This document shows positions 1-9,167 of a stretch of DNA of 64,000 nucleotides, piece after piece. The DNA lies in the NCBI GenBank assembly GCA_902599805.1, contig CACKGP010000002.1, positions 15,570 to 79,569 on the forward strand, written 5' to 3'. Each line of letters starts with the position of its first letter. Position 1 is the stretch's first letter. The notes under the pieces were generated by a model, which saw only the letters and a list, made by a program, of their open reading frames with translations, made no database searches and was not told the origin of the DNA. This DNA is from an uncultured Pelagibacteraceae bacterium. GTDB lineage: Bacteria; Pseudomonadota; Alphaproteobacteria; Pelagibacterales; Pelagibacteraceae. A program made the translations under genes and the position numbers.

Positions 1-1905
1 ATTAAACAAACAAAAGATGGTTGGATTGTTGAGACAGACAAAGGATCTATCTCATGTGAACATGTTGTTTCTTGTAGTGGAAATTTTGCAAGACAAACTG
101 GTGAGATGGTAGGAATTGAAATTCCAGCAATACCTGTTGAACATCAATATATTGTTACAGAACCACATCCAGAAGTTCAAAAAAGACAAAAAGAAAAGAA
201 ACCAGAGATGGGAGTATTAAGAGATAGTGATAACTCATGGTATATGAGAGAAGAAGCAGGTGGATTTATTTTAGGTCCATATGAAAAAGGCGCACCTTGT
301 TGTTATGTGAATGGTCCATCAAAAGATAGTGAATATGAATTATTCCAAGAAGATTTAGATAGATTAGCACCACACATTGAAGGAGCTATTAAAAGAGTTC
401 CTGCATTTGGAGAAGTTGGTGTAAAAAAAGTTTATAACGGTGCAATTTGTTACACACCAGACGGAAGTCCATTAGTGGGGCCAGCTTGGGGATTAAAAAA
501 TTTTTGGATTAATGACGGACATAGTTTTGGAATTACCGCTGCAGGTGGTGCTGGCTGGCAGTTAGCCGAATGGATTATAGACGGTGAACCAACAATAGAT
601 ATGCTTGGTGTAGATCCAAGAAGATTTGGATCATACGTCACAAAATCTTACTTAATGGAAAAAAATGAAGAAGCTTATGCAAATGTTTTCACAGTTCATT
701 ATCCAGACGAGGAACGCGAAGCAGGAAGACCATTAAGGCAAGCACCTTGCTATGACCGAATGAAAAAACTTGGTGCAGTTTTTGGACAGAAGTTTGGATG
801 GGAAAGACCAAACTTTTTTGCAACTGATGGAGAAAAACAGGAAGATGATTGGTCATTTAGAAGATCAAATTGGTTTAAAAGCGTTGAGAAAGAATGCAAG
901 AACGTAAAAGAAAATGTAGGACTATTAGACATGTCTGCATTTGGTAAGTGCAGAATAAAAGGACCAGGAGCTGAAGAATTTTTAGATAAACTTGTTGCAA
1001 ATAAACTTCCAAAAAAAATCGGTAGAATTAATTTATGTCACGCACTTAACACAAAAGGTGGAGTACATTCTGAATTTACAATAATGAGAGAAGCCGAAGA
1101 TAGTTTTTATTTAGTTTCAGCTGGTGCTTACCAAAGATTAGATCACGATTGGATTCATAAATGGATGCCAAAAGACGGAACAGTACAATATGAAAATTTA
1201 ACTAATAGCATGGGAGTACTTGTTGTGTCAGGTCCAAAAGCAAGACAACTTATGCAAAAAGTTTCAAAAACGGATTTCTCTAATGAAAAATTTAAATGGT
1301 TGAGTGCTCAAAATATTAATATTGGTTTAGCACCTTGTAATGCTATGAGAGTAAATTTTGTTGGAGAGCTTGGTTGGGAGTTACATCATCCAATCGAATA
1401 TCAAAATCATATATTTGATAAACTTATGGAAGCTGGAAAAGAATTTAATCTTAAACCATACGGTATCAGAGCAATGAATAGTTTAAGAGTCGAAAAATCT
1501 TACAAGTTGGTTGGTACAGAGCTTTCGATTGAATACGCACCTTACGAGTCAGGTTTAGATAGATTTATTCATCCTAATAAAGGAGATTTTATTGGACGTG
1601 CGGCACTGGATCAATGGAGAGCAAAAGGTTTTTCAAATAAATTAGTAACAATGGAAATTCACGGAGTTTCAGACGCAGATGTGCTTGGGAACAATCCCAT
1701 TTACGAAAACGGATCTGTGATTGGAAGAGCGACCGGAGGAGATTACGGTTTTAGATTAAACAAATCTATTGCACTTGGAATGGTAAAACCTGAATATGCG
1801 AAAGTTGGACAAAAACTTAAAATAGATATATTAGGTAAAATGCATGAAGTTTCGATTATTGAAGACTCACCTTACGATTCCGAAAATAAATTGCTCAGAG
1901 CTTAA
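1..1905 (+). CDS. Dimethylglycine/sarcosine dehydrogenase family protein (FAD oxidoreductase part plus GcvT-like folate-binding C-terminal domain), 5'-truncated by the window edge
   Basis: Frame 1 is open from base 1, with no stop before the ATG at 106 used by the ORF track, so the gene starts upstream. The C-terminal two thirds carries aminomethyltransferase-like motifs (GKCRIKGPGAEEFL, NFVGELGWELHHP, YGIRAMNSLRVEKSY). The TAA stop abuts the etfB ATG (TAAATG). DMGDH versus SARDH cannot be resolved by eye. Confidence 0.85.
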   Translation: MKQTKDGWIVETDKGSISCEHVVSCSGNFARQTGEMVGIEIPAIPVEHQYIVTEPHPEVQKRQKEKKPEMGVLRDSDNSWYMREEAGGFILGPYEKGAPCCYVNGPSKDSEYELFQEDLDRLAPHIEGAIKRVPAFGEVGVKKVYNGAICYTPDGSPLVGPAWGLKNFWINDGHSFGITAAGGAGWQLAEWIIDGEPTIDMLGVDPRRFGSYVTKSYLMEKNEEAYANVFTVHYPDEEREAGRPLRQAPCYDRMKKLGAVFGQKFGWERPNFFATDGEKQEDDWSFRRSNWFKSVEKECKNVKENVGLLDMSAFGKCRIKGPGAEEFLDKLVANKLPKKIGRINLCHALNTKGGVHSEFTIMREAEDSFYLVSAGAYQRLDHDWIHKWMPKDGTVQYENLTNSMGVLVVSGPKARQLMQKVSKTDFSNEKFKWLSAQNINIGLAPCNAMRVNFVGELGWELHHPIEYQNHIFDKLMEAGKEFNLKPYGIRAMNSLRVEKSYKLVGTELSIEYAPYESGLDRFIHPNKGDFIGRAALDQWRAKGFSNKLVTMEIHGVSDADVLGNNPIYENGSVIGRATGGDYGFRLNKSIALGMVKPEYAKVGQKLKIDILGKMHEVSIIEDSPYDSENKLLRA

Positions 1906-2655
1906 ATGAAAATATTGGTCGCTGTTAAAAGAGTTATTGATTATAACGTACAAATCAGAGTTAAAGAGGATGGCTCTGGAGTTCATACAGATAACGTAAA
2001 AATGTCAACCAATCCTCCAGATGATAATGCAACAGAAGAGTCTGTTAAACTTAAAGAGTCTGGAAAAGTAAAAGAAATTGTTGCAGTTACGATAGGTGAT
2101 GATAAAGCACAAGAAACTGTAAGAAAAGCTTTAGCAGTTGGTGCAGATAGAGGAATTCACGTTAAGTCAGATACTTATATTGAGCCGTTAGGAATTGCAA
2201 AAATTTTAAAAAAAGTAGTTGAGAAAGAAAAACCAGATATGGTTTTCTTAGGCAAGCAAGCAATTGATGATGATTGCAATCAAACAGGACAAATGCTTGC
2301 AGCAATGTTGAACTGGCCTCAAGCAACTTTCTCTTCAAAAGTGACTTTGAAAGATAAAAGCATGGAGATAGTTAGAGAAATTGATGAAGGTTTAGAAACG
2401 GTTGAGGTAAATTTGCCAGCAGTTGTAACTTGTGACCTTAGATTAAATGAACCGCGTTATGCATCTCTACCAAATATAATGAAAGCTAAGAAAAAACCAA
2501 TTGATCAAATGATTGCAAAAGATTTAGGCGTAGACATTACAAACAGAGTTCAGCAATTAAAAGTAGAAGAGCCGCCAAAAAGAAAAGCAGGAATTAAAGT
2601 TGCAAATGTAGCAGAATTAGTAAGCAAACTTAAAAACGAGGCGAAGGTAATTTAA
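1906..2655 (+). CDS. etfB: Electron transfer flavoprotein beta subunit
   Basis: 249 aa with the typical ETF-beta N-terminus [19 protein letters not shown] and the [18 protein letters not shown] motif. Directly coupled to the upstream dehydrogenase and to etfA. Confidence 0.95.
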   Translation: MKILVAVKRVIDYNVQIRVKEDGSGVHTDNVKMSTNPPDDNATEESVKLKESGKVKEIVAVTIGDDKAQETVRKALAVGADRGIHVKSDTYIEPLGIAKILKKVVEKEKPDMVFLGKQAIDDDCNQTGQMLAAMLNWPQATFSSKVTLKDKSMEIVREIDEGLETVEVNLPAVVTCDLRLNEPRYASLPNIMKAKKKPIDQMIAKDLGVDITNRVQQLKVEEPPKRKAGIKVANVAELVSKLKNEAKVI

Positions 2656-3608
2656 TGTCAGTACTATTAATAGCAGAACACAATAATAAAAACCTTAAAC
2701 CATTTACTTTAAACGCAATAACTGCAGCATCTAAAATTGATCCAGAAGTTCATGTTTTAGTAGCGGGTAGTGGATCAGAAAGTGTAGCTAAAGAAGCTGC
2801 ATCAATTCCTTTGGTTAAAAAAGTTTTACACTGCGATTCTCCTAATTATCAAAATTATTTGCCAGAAAATTTAGCTCCACTTGTAACAAAGCATTCTGAA
2901 AAATATGATCATATTGTTGCATCAGCAAATACATTTGGAAAAAACTTTATGCCAAGAGTTGCTGCTGCGTTAGACACTTCTCAAGTGAGTGATATTATTA
3001 AAGTAAACTCACCTGATACTTTTGTAAGACCAATTTATGCAGGAAATGCATTTGCGACAGTGAAAAGTAATGACAAAAAAAGATGTGTAACAATTAGACC
3101 TACTTCATTTGAACCAGCACCTAAAACAGGAGGTTCTGCTCAAATTGAGAAAGTAGATGCAGCAGATGTTCCTAATTTCTCAAAGTTTGTTAAAAGGGAA
3201 GAAACAAAATCAGAAAGACCAGAACTTGGAACTGCCAGAATAGTAGTTTCTGGCGGAAGAGGATTAGAAAGTGGAGAAAATTTCAAACTCATAACTGATA
3301 TTGCCGATAAATTAAATGCAGCAGTGGGCGCATCACGTGCAGCTGTTGATGCAGGTTATATAAGTAACGATCATCAAGTAGGGCAAACAGGAAAAGTAGT
3401 TGTCCCAGATTTATATATTGCAGTTGGAATTTCAGGGGCCATTCAGCATTTAGCTGGCATGAAAGAGAGCAAAATAATTGTCGCAATCAACAAAGACGGT
3501 GAAGCTCCGATATTTAGTATTGCAGATTATGGTTTAGAAGCAGATTTATTCAAAGCGCTTCCAGAGTTTTTATCTGAGTTAAACAAACTCAACACTATCC
3601 AAAAATAA
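2655..3608 (+). CDS. etfA: Electron transfer flavoprotein alpha subunit
   Basis: 317 aa with the C-terminal FAD-binding signature PDLYIAVGISGAIQHLAGM. Start overlaps the etfB stop (TAATG). Confidence 0.95.
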   Translation: MSVLLIAEHNNKNLKPFTLNAITAASKIDPEVHVLVAGSGSESVAKEAASIPLVKKVLHCDSPNYQNYLPENLAPLVTKHSEKYDHIVASANTFGKNFMPRVAAALDTSQVSDIIKVNSPDTFVRPIYAGNAFATVKSNDKKRCVTIRPTSFEPAPKTGGSAQIEKVDAADVPNFSKFVKREETKSERPELGTARIVVSGGRGLESGENFKLITDIADKLNAAVGASRAAVDAGYISNDHQVGQTGKVVVPDLYIAVGISGAIQHLAGMKESKIIVAINKDGEAPIFSIADYGLEADLFKALPEFLSELNKLNTIQK

Positions 3609-3629
3609 TTAGTTTGATATAGTCCCCGC

Positions 3630-5237
3630 ATGGCTCGAGAGACAATGCAATACGATGTAGTAATAGTTGGTGCTGGTCCATCAGGATTATCTACTGCAAT
3701 TAAACTAAAGCAACTAGAACCAAAATTAAATATCTGTATCTTAGAAAAAGGTGCAGAGGTTGGTGCTCATATATTAAGTGGAAATGTTTTAGAAACTAGA
3801 GCTTTAGACGAATTATTACCAAACTGGAAAGAAGAGGGAGCCCCTGTTAAAACAAAAGTTTCAAAAGAAAAATTTTTATTTTTAGGAAAAAAATCATCTC
3901 TAAGTTGGCCCACTTGGCTTTTACCTGCGGTACAAAAAAATCATAATAATTACATAGTCAGCCTTGCTAATCTTTGTCGTTGGCTCGCCGAACAAGCTGA
4001 GAAGCTGGGTGTTGAAATTTTTCCAGGATTTCCAGCAAGTGAAGTTCTTTTTAATGAAGATGGCTCTGTAAAAGGAGTAGCAACTCTGGATATGGGTTTA
4101 GATAAAGAGGGAAATAAAAAAGATGGATACCAAGAAGGAATGGAGCTTCATGCAAAAGTTACAGTTTTCTCAGAGGGGTGCAGAGGACATTTAGGCAAAC
4201 AATTAATTAAAAAATTTAATTTAGATGAAGGAAAAAATCCTCAGCAATATGGTATTGGACTTAAAGAAATTTGGGAAGTCAGCGAGGAACAACATCAGGA
4301 AGGTTTAGTAATGCATACTGCAGGCTGGCCTTTAGATAGTAAAACGTACGGTGGAAGTTTTATTTATCATGCTGAGAATAAACAAATTTACCTTGGTTAT
4401 GTTATTGGACTTGATTACCAAAACCCACACTTATCTCCTTTTGACGAGTTTCAAAGATTTAAAACACACAAAGCAATTAGAAAAATGTTTGAAGGTGGAA
4501 AAAGAATTTCTTTTGGTGCTAGAGCCTTAATTGAAGGTGGTCTACAAAGTTTACCAAAAATGTATATGCCTGGAGCATTATTAGTTGGTTGTGATGCAGG
4601 AACTCTAAATATGCCAAAGATAAAAGGAACGCACACAGCAATGAAAAGCGGAATGATTGCAGCAGAAACTATTGTTGAGCATATAAAAAGAAAAAGAAAG
4701 TTATCTCTATATGAAGAATTATTTAAAAAAAGTTGGGTTTACAAAGAACTTCATGCAGCAAGAAACGTTAAACCAAGTTTTAGCTGGGGATTATTACTTG
4801 GAATTATCTATACAGGTATTGATCAAATTTTATTTAGAGGAAAGTTACCTTTCACTTTAAAGCACAAGCACGCAGACCACGAAGCTTTAAAGCCTGCAAG
4901 TAAAATGCCTAAGATTGAATACCCAAAACCTGATGGCAAACTTACTTTTGATAAAACAAGCTCAGTTTATTTAACAGGTACAAATCACACTGAAAACCAA
5001 CCTGTACATCTTCAATTAAAAAATAAATATTTGCCCATACAATATACTTTAAAAGAATATGATGAACCTGCCCAAAGATACTGTCCCGTTGGAGTTTATG
5101 AGATACAAAAAAATGAATTTGTAATTAATTCACAAAATTGTATTCATTGCAAAACTTGTGATATCAAAGAACCTTCTCAGAATATTAATTGGGTAGCGCC
5201 AGAAGGCGGCGGCGGACCTAAATACGGCAATATGTAA
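3630..5237 (+). CDS. Electron transfer flavoprotein-ubiquinone oxidoreductase (ETF-QO)
   Basis: 535 aa with an N-terminal dinucleotide fold (YDVVIVGAGPSGLS) and a C-terminal 4Fe-4S segment (CPVGVYE...CIHCKTCDIKEP). Lies immediately downstream of etfBA. Confidence 0.92.
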   Translation: MARETMQYDVVIVGAGPSGLSTAIKLKQLEPKLNICILEKGAEVGAHILSGNVLETRALDELLPNWKEEGAPVKTKVSKEKFLFLGKKSSLSWPTWLLPAVQKNHNNYIVSLANLCRWLAEQAEKLGVEIFPGFPASEVLFNEDGSVKGVATLDMGLDKEGNKKDGYQEGMELHAKVTVFSEGCRGHLGKQLIKKFNLDEGKNPQQYGIGLKEIWEVSEEQHQEGLVMHTAGWPLDSKTYGGSFIYHAENKQIYLGYVIGLDYQNPHLSPFDEFQRFKTHKAIRKMFEGGKRISFGARALIEGGLQSLPKMYMPGALLVGCDAGTLNMPKIKGTHTAMKSGMIAAETIVEHIKRKRKLSLYEELFKKSWVYKELHAARNVKPSFSWGLLLGIIYTGIDQILFRGKLPFTLKHKHADHEALKPASKMPKIEYPKPDGKLTFDKTSSVYLTGTNHTENQPVHLQLKNKYLPIQYTLKEYDEPAQRYCPVGVYEIQKNEFVINSQNCIHCKTCDIKEPSQNINWVAPEGGGGPKYGNM

Positions 5238-6130
5238 TGTCAAAAAATAAAATTAGCTCAGCTATGTTTTTTGTTTTGTTAGCTGGGTTGATCTGGTCTT
5301 TTGGCCCACTAGTAGTAAGAAATATGGATAATGCCGAACTTGTTCCATGGCAATATTCTTTAATAAGAGGATCAGCAATTTTTATAATCTTAAATCTTTA
5401 TTTATTTTTAACTGAAGGCAGCAAGTTTACAAATAACTATAATAAAATTGGTCTATCAGGAATAATTGGAGGAATTAGTCTTGGTATTGCTAATTTAACT
5501 TTTATTCTCTCATTAACATCAACTTCAGCTGCAGTCACACTGTTAATGTTGGGCGCGTTACCTTTTTTAGCGGCAATTATAGCTTATATTTTTTTAAATG
5601 AGAAAATATCCAAAACAACTTCTATAGCCATAATAATTGCTGCTGCTGGAATAATATTTATGTGTTTAGATAGTATACAAACCGGAACACTCTTTGGTCT
5701 AGTTAATGGTTTAATATCTTCTTTAGGTTTTGCGGTATTTACAGTTACTTTAAGATGGAAAAAGAATACTCCTAAACTTACGACAGTATCTATAGCAGGA
5801 ATTTTTGCGGCTGCTATTTCTTTAGTAGTTATATTTTATAATGACAGTAGTGTTTTAATGTCCTTAAAAAATACTTCACTTTCTTCACTTCATGGATTTA
5901 TAGTTTGTTCAGCACTAATTTTATATTCATCAAAATCAAAATATTTACCAGCTGCAGACTTAACTTTATTATCTCTTACAGAAATTCTAGGTGGAATTTT
6001 TTGGGTTTGGCTTCCTCTATTTGGAATTAATGAGGTTCCAAACAATAATACAATTATTGGTGGGGTTATAATTACTTTGGCAATTATTTTTTACGGATTT
6101 AATACTAGAAGATATGTTTTTAGATATTAA
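5237..6130 (+). CDS. EamA/DMT-family transporter
   Basis: 297-aa polytopic hydrophobic protein with two EamA-like halves. Start overlaps the ETF-QO stop (TAATG). Confidence 0.8.
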   Translation: MSKNKISSAMFFVLLAGLIWSFGPLVVRNMDNAELVPWQYSLIRGSAIFIILNLYLFLTEGSKFTNNYNKIGLSGIIGGISLGIANLTFILSLTSTSAAVTLLMLGALPFLAAIIAYIFLNEKISKTTSIAIIIAAAGIIFMCLDSIQTGTLFGLVNGLISSLGFAVFTVTLRWKKNTPKLTTVSIAGIFAAAISLVVIFYNDSSVLMSLKNTSLSSLHGFIVCSALILYSSKSKYLPAADLTLLSLTEILGGIFWVWLPLFGINEVPNNNTIIGGVIITLAIIFYGFNTRRYVFRY

Positions 6131-6145
6131 TCTGATTTAAATTTT

Positions 6146-6868
6146 TTATATTTCCCAGTCAAATCTTGGAAATGTATCGAATAGTTTAACAACTTTATCT
6201 GACCACTGATTACAGACTTTGTAATAGTCTTCATCTGAAGTATTTAAACATTTTAAAGATGCAATCTTATTTGTATCCTTTTTGTAAACAGCAAAATCAA
6301 TTGGTGGACCTACAGTTAAATCACTTTTTAAAGTTGAGTCCATTGAAATTAAAGCACATCTTGCAGCGTCACCAATTTTGACGCTTGGCGTAATAACTCT
6401 ATCTAGAATAGGTTTTCCATACTTAACCTCACCAATTACTAAATAAGGTTTGCTATCTGCCGGTCTAATAAAATTCCCTTGCGGATAAACTAAATAAATT
6501 TCTTGAGGTTGTCCTTTAATTTGGCCTCCTACAATGAACGTTGCTCCAAGAGTAAGTATGTCCGTATTGACACCGTCAGGTGATGAATGTTTAATGTTTA
6601 ATTTACCTAAATAGCCTGCGATCTGTTCAAAATCTTTACAAGTATTTAGACTCGTTCCAGACTTATTCTTCAAATCTTTTTCTATAGATTTATACACAGC
6701 CTGTGATGTACCTAAGTTTCCTGAAGTAATTATAACTATTGTTCTATCACCAACATCGTGTGTAAACATCTTTGAATAGATATTAACGTTATCCATTCCA
6801 GCATTTGTTCTTGAGTCTGATGCAAAAACTAAACCCTCTTTTGTCTTGATTCCGATACAATATGTCAT
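6146..6868 (-). CDS. Anbu-type proteasome beta-subunit homologue (peptidase T1 family)
   Basis: Translation from the internal ATG at 6868 begins MTYCIGIKTKEGLVFASDSRTNAGMDN. Thr follows the initiator Met directly; counting from that Thr there is Asp at +17 and Lys at +32, an Ntn-hydrolase arrangement. The ORF-track start at 6904 adds 12 poorly supported residues. Diverges from a circularly permuted ATP-grasp gene, a usual Anbu partner. Confidence 0.8.
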   Translation of the reverse strand: MTYCIGIKTKEGLVFASDSRTNAGMDNVNIYSKMFTHDVGDRTIVIITSGNLGTSQAVYKSIEKDLKNKSGTSLNTCKDFEQIAGYLGKLNIKHSSPDGVNTDILTLGATFIVGGQIKGQPQEIYLVYPQGNFIRPADSKPYLVIGEVKYGKPILDRVITPSVKIGDAARCALISMDSTLKSDLTVGPPIDFAVYKKDTNKIASLKCLNTSDEDYYKVCNQWSDKVVKLFDTFPRFDWEI

Positions 6869-6974
6869 GTACGAATACTTAATTAAAAAATGGTAAATAT
6901 ACAAATTAATAATAGCATGCCAGCTATCTAATTAATGCAATTGTTTGTTTTGCATAATTGTTAACAATGAAAGA

Positions 6975-8423
6975 ATGTTTATGGGATCACTTTGGGATAA
7001 ATATGACTCTGACACCACTTATGATGAATATCTAGGTGAAGACAATAAGCTTAGGAAGCAAGCTAAGGTAATTTCAAGCATTCTTGAAAAAATCGGCAGC
7101 AAAAAACTCCAAGAGATTGAAAAAAATTGTGCAAGCACAATAAGCGCAAGAGGAATTAATTTTCGTGTTTATTCATCTGGAAAAAAAGCTCAAGAAAAAA
7201 AGTGGCCACTTGATATAATCCCAAGAATTATTCCAAAAAGAGATTGGTCTAAAGTTTCAAAAGGTTTGCTTCAAAGGGTTAAGGCACTTAATCTTTTTAT
7301 TGACGATGTTTATAATGATAAAAAAATATTTAAAGATAATGTCATTCCTAAAGAGTTAGTTTTTAAATCACCTTATTACTTAAAAGAGTGCGATGGTTTT
7401 TCTCCAAAACATAAAGCTTGGTCAAATATTTCTGGTATTGATTTAATTAGAAATATTAAGGGAGACTTTCTAGTTCTAGAGGATAATTTAAGAGTCCCTT
7501 CAGGAATTTCTTACATGCTAGAGAACCGGATGGTAATGAGAGATGTCTTCCCTGAATTATTTACTAGATATAAAGTTTCAGATATTCATCAATACCCAAA
7601 CAAACTTTATCATTGTATGCTCGAATGTATTCCAAAAAAAACTAAAGATCCTCACATGTGCGTTTTAACTCCAGGAAGAGCAAACTCTGCATATTTTGAA
7701 CATAGATTTTTATCTGAGCAGATGGGCATAGCTCTTGTTGAAGGTAAAGATTTGTTTGTTGAGAAAGATGTTGTTTACATGAAAACAGTTAGAGGAAAAT
7801 TAAAAGTTGATTGTATTTATAGAAGGCTTGATGACACATTTATGGATCCCAAAGCTTTTTTCAAAGGTTCATTGATTGGAGTTCCAGGATTATTTAAAGC
7901 CTGGAGAAAAGGTAACGTTGGAATTTTAAATGCTCCAGGCACAGGAATAGCTGATGACAAAGCTATTTATTCTTACGTAGATAAAATGATTGTTTACTAT
8001 TTAGGTGAGCAACCAAAAATTCAACAAGTTGAAACTTTACTTTGTAGTGAAAAAATTCACAGAGAACATGTAATAGAAAATATTTCTAAGTTCGTTGTAA
8101 AACCGACAAATGGATCTGGTGGTAATGGTATTTTAATTGGACCACACGCTTCTAAGAAGAATAGAGAAGCAATGAAAAAAAATATTCTAAAAAATCCAAG
8201 AAATTATATTGCTCAACCTTTAGAAATACTTTCTACAACACCAACTATCACCGACAACAGTATAGAACCACGACACTTGGATTTAAGACCATTTGTTTTA
8301 AGCGGAAAATCAACCTGGGTTACGACAGGTGGATTAACAAGAGTGGCTTTAAAAAAAGGAAGCACAATTGTAAATAGTTCACAAGGTGGCGGATCAAAAG
8401 ATACGATGATAATCGATATGTAG
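6975..8423 (+). CDS. Circularly permuted type-2 ATP-grasp protein (COG2308 family)
   Basis: Family motifs read in the translation: PLDIIPRII, LQRVKALNLFIDDVY, LVLEDNLRVPSGISYMLENR, NSAYFEHRFLSEQMGIALVEG, DCIYRRLDDTFMDP, GTGIADDKAIY, GGLTRVALKKGSTIVNSSQGGGSKDT. The track start at 6945 is TTG; in-frame ATGs at 6975 and 6981 are more likely. Confidence 0.85.
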   Translation: MFMGSLWDKYDSDTTYDEYLGEDNKLRKQAKVISSILEKIGSKKLQEIEKNCASTISARGINFRVYSSGKKAQEKKWPLDIIPRIIPKRDWSKVSKGLLQRVKALNLFIDDVYNDKKIFKDNVIPKELVFKSPYYLKECDGFSPKHKAWSNISGIDLIRNIKGDFLVLEDNLRVPSGISYMLENRMVMRDVFPELFTRYKVSDIHQYPNKLYHCMLECIPKKTKDPHMCVLTPGRANSAYFEHRFLSEQMGIALVEGKDLFVEKDVVYMKTVRGKLKVDCIYRRLDDTFMDPKAFFKGSLIGVPGLFKAWRKGNVGILNAPGTGIADDKAIYSYVDKMIVYYLGEQPKIQQVETLLCSEKIHREHVIENISKFVVKPTNGSGGNGILIGPHASKKNREAMKKNILKNPRNYIAQPLEILSTTPTITDNSIEPRHLDLRPFVLSGKSTWVTTGGLTRVALKKGSTIVNSSQGGGSKDTMIIDM

Positions 8424-8539
8424 ATCCAAGAGTCCTGGTCAGCAAACGCTACCCTTCACTTCATAACGTTATACAATACTTTTTTTGCAACCTAAAACTA
8501 TATTTTGCTTCTGAGTGAGTCCAATTTGTGACCAGAATA

Positions 8540-9151
8540 ATGTATGATTATTTAGTGAAAATAAAAAAACTAATAATAACTTTGTTATTTATTTTATTTT
8601 GGAGTCATGGCTCCTACTCCAAAGATTTATTTCATTATGTTGCAAAAAAAGATCCACCAAAATTAATTGTGGGAAATACAGGGTTCAACGATGCTCTTAA
8701 TGATGAAATTAATGATTTAAGTATTTATCTTGGAATTGGAAAAGGAGAAAAACCAATTTATAGTAGCTTTAATCAATTATTAATTAATAGTGATGTAGAT
8801 GGTGAAATTGAATTTAATGATAAAAATTATTTTATAGTTAGTGGTTGTAGACCTCGATCTTGCCCGGAAAAAGGATATTTGTGGGTTGATAAAAAAAATA
8901 AAATTGTTTTAGGGGCAATGATACATTATTTTTTGAATGACAAAAAAGATACAGATAACGGATATCTTTTAGTCATTTCTAAAAAATTTAAATCATTCGA
9001 GAAACTACCAAAAAAATTTAAAAAAGATCTGGACAAATGGCTTTCTAGATTAACTACATGGGATTATGTTAATAATAATGGTGACAAACCTCTCAAGCCA
9101 TCTGTGATAAGATTTATAAATTCTGAAAACATAATTAAAATCATTAAATAA
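8540..9151 (+). CDS. Secreted hypothetical protein, possibly Ivy-like (inhibitor of vertebrate lysozyme fold)
   Basis: From the ATG at 8540 the N-terminus MYDYLVKIKKLIITLLFILFWSHGSYS looks like a type I signal peptide (the track uses GTG at 8528). The segment YFIVSGCRPRSCPEKGYLWVD resembles the disulfide-bracketed loop (CKPHDC) of Ivy proteins. The CDS call is reasonable; the family call is weak. Confidence 0.55.
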   Translation: MYDYLVKIKKLIITLLFILFWSHGSYSKDLFHYVAKKDPPKLIVGNTGFNDALNDEINDLSIYLGIGKGEKPIYSSFNQLLINSDVDGEIEFNDKNYFIVSGCRPRSCPEKGYLWVDKKNKIVLGAMIHYFLNDKKDTDNGYLLVISKKFKSFEKLPKKFKKDLDKWLSRLTTWDYVNNNGDKPLKPSVIRFINSENIIKIIK

Positions 9152-9167
9152 TTAAACTTTGATATAT

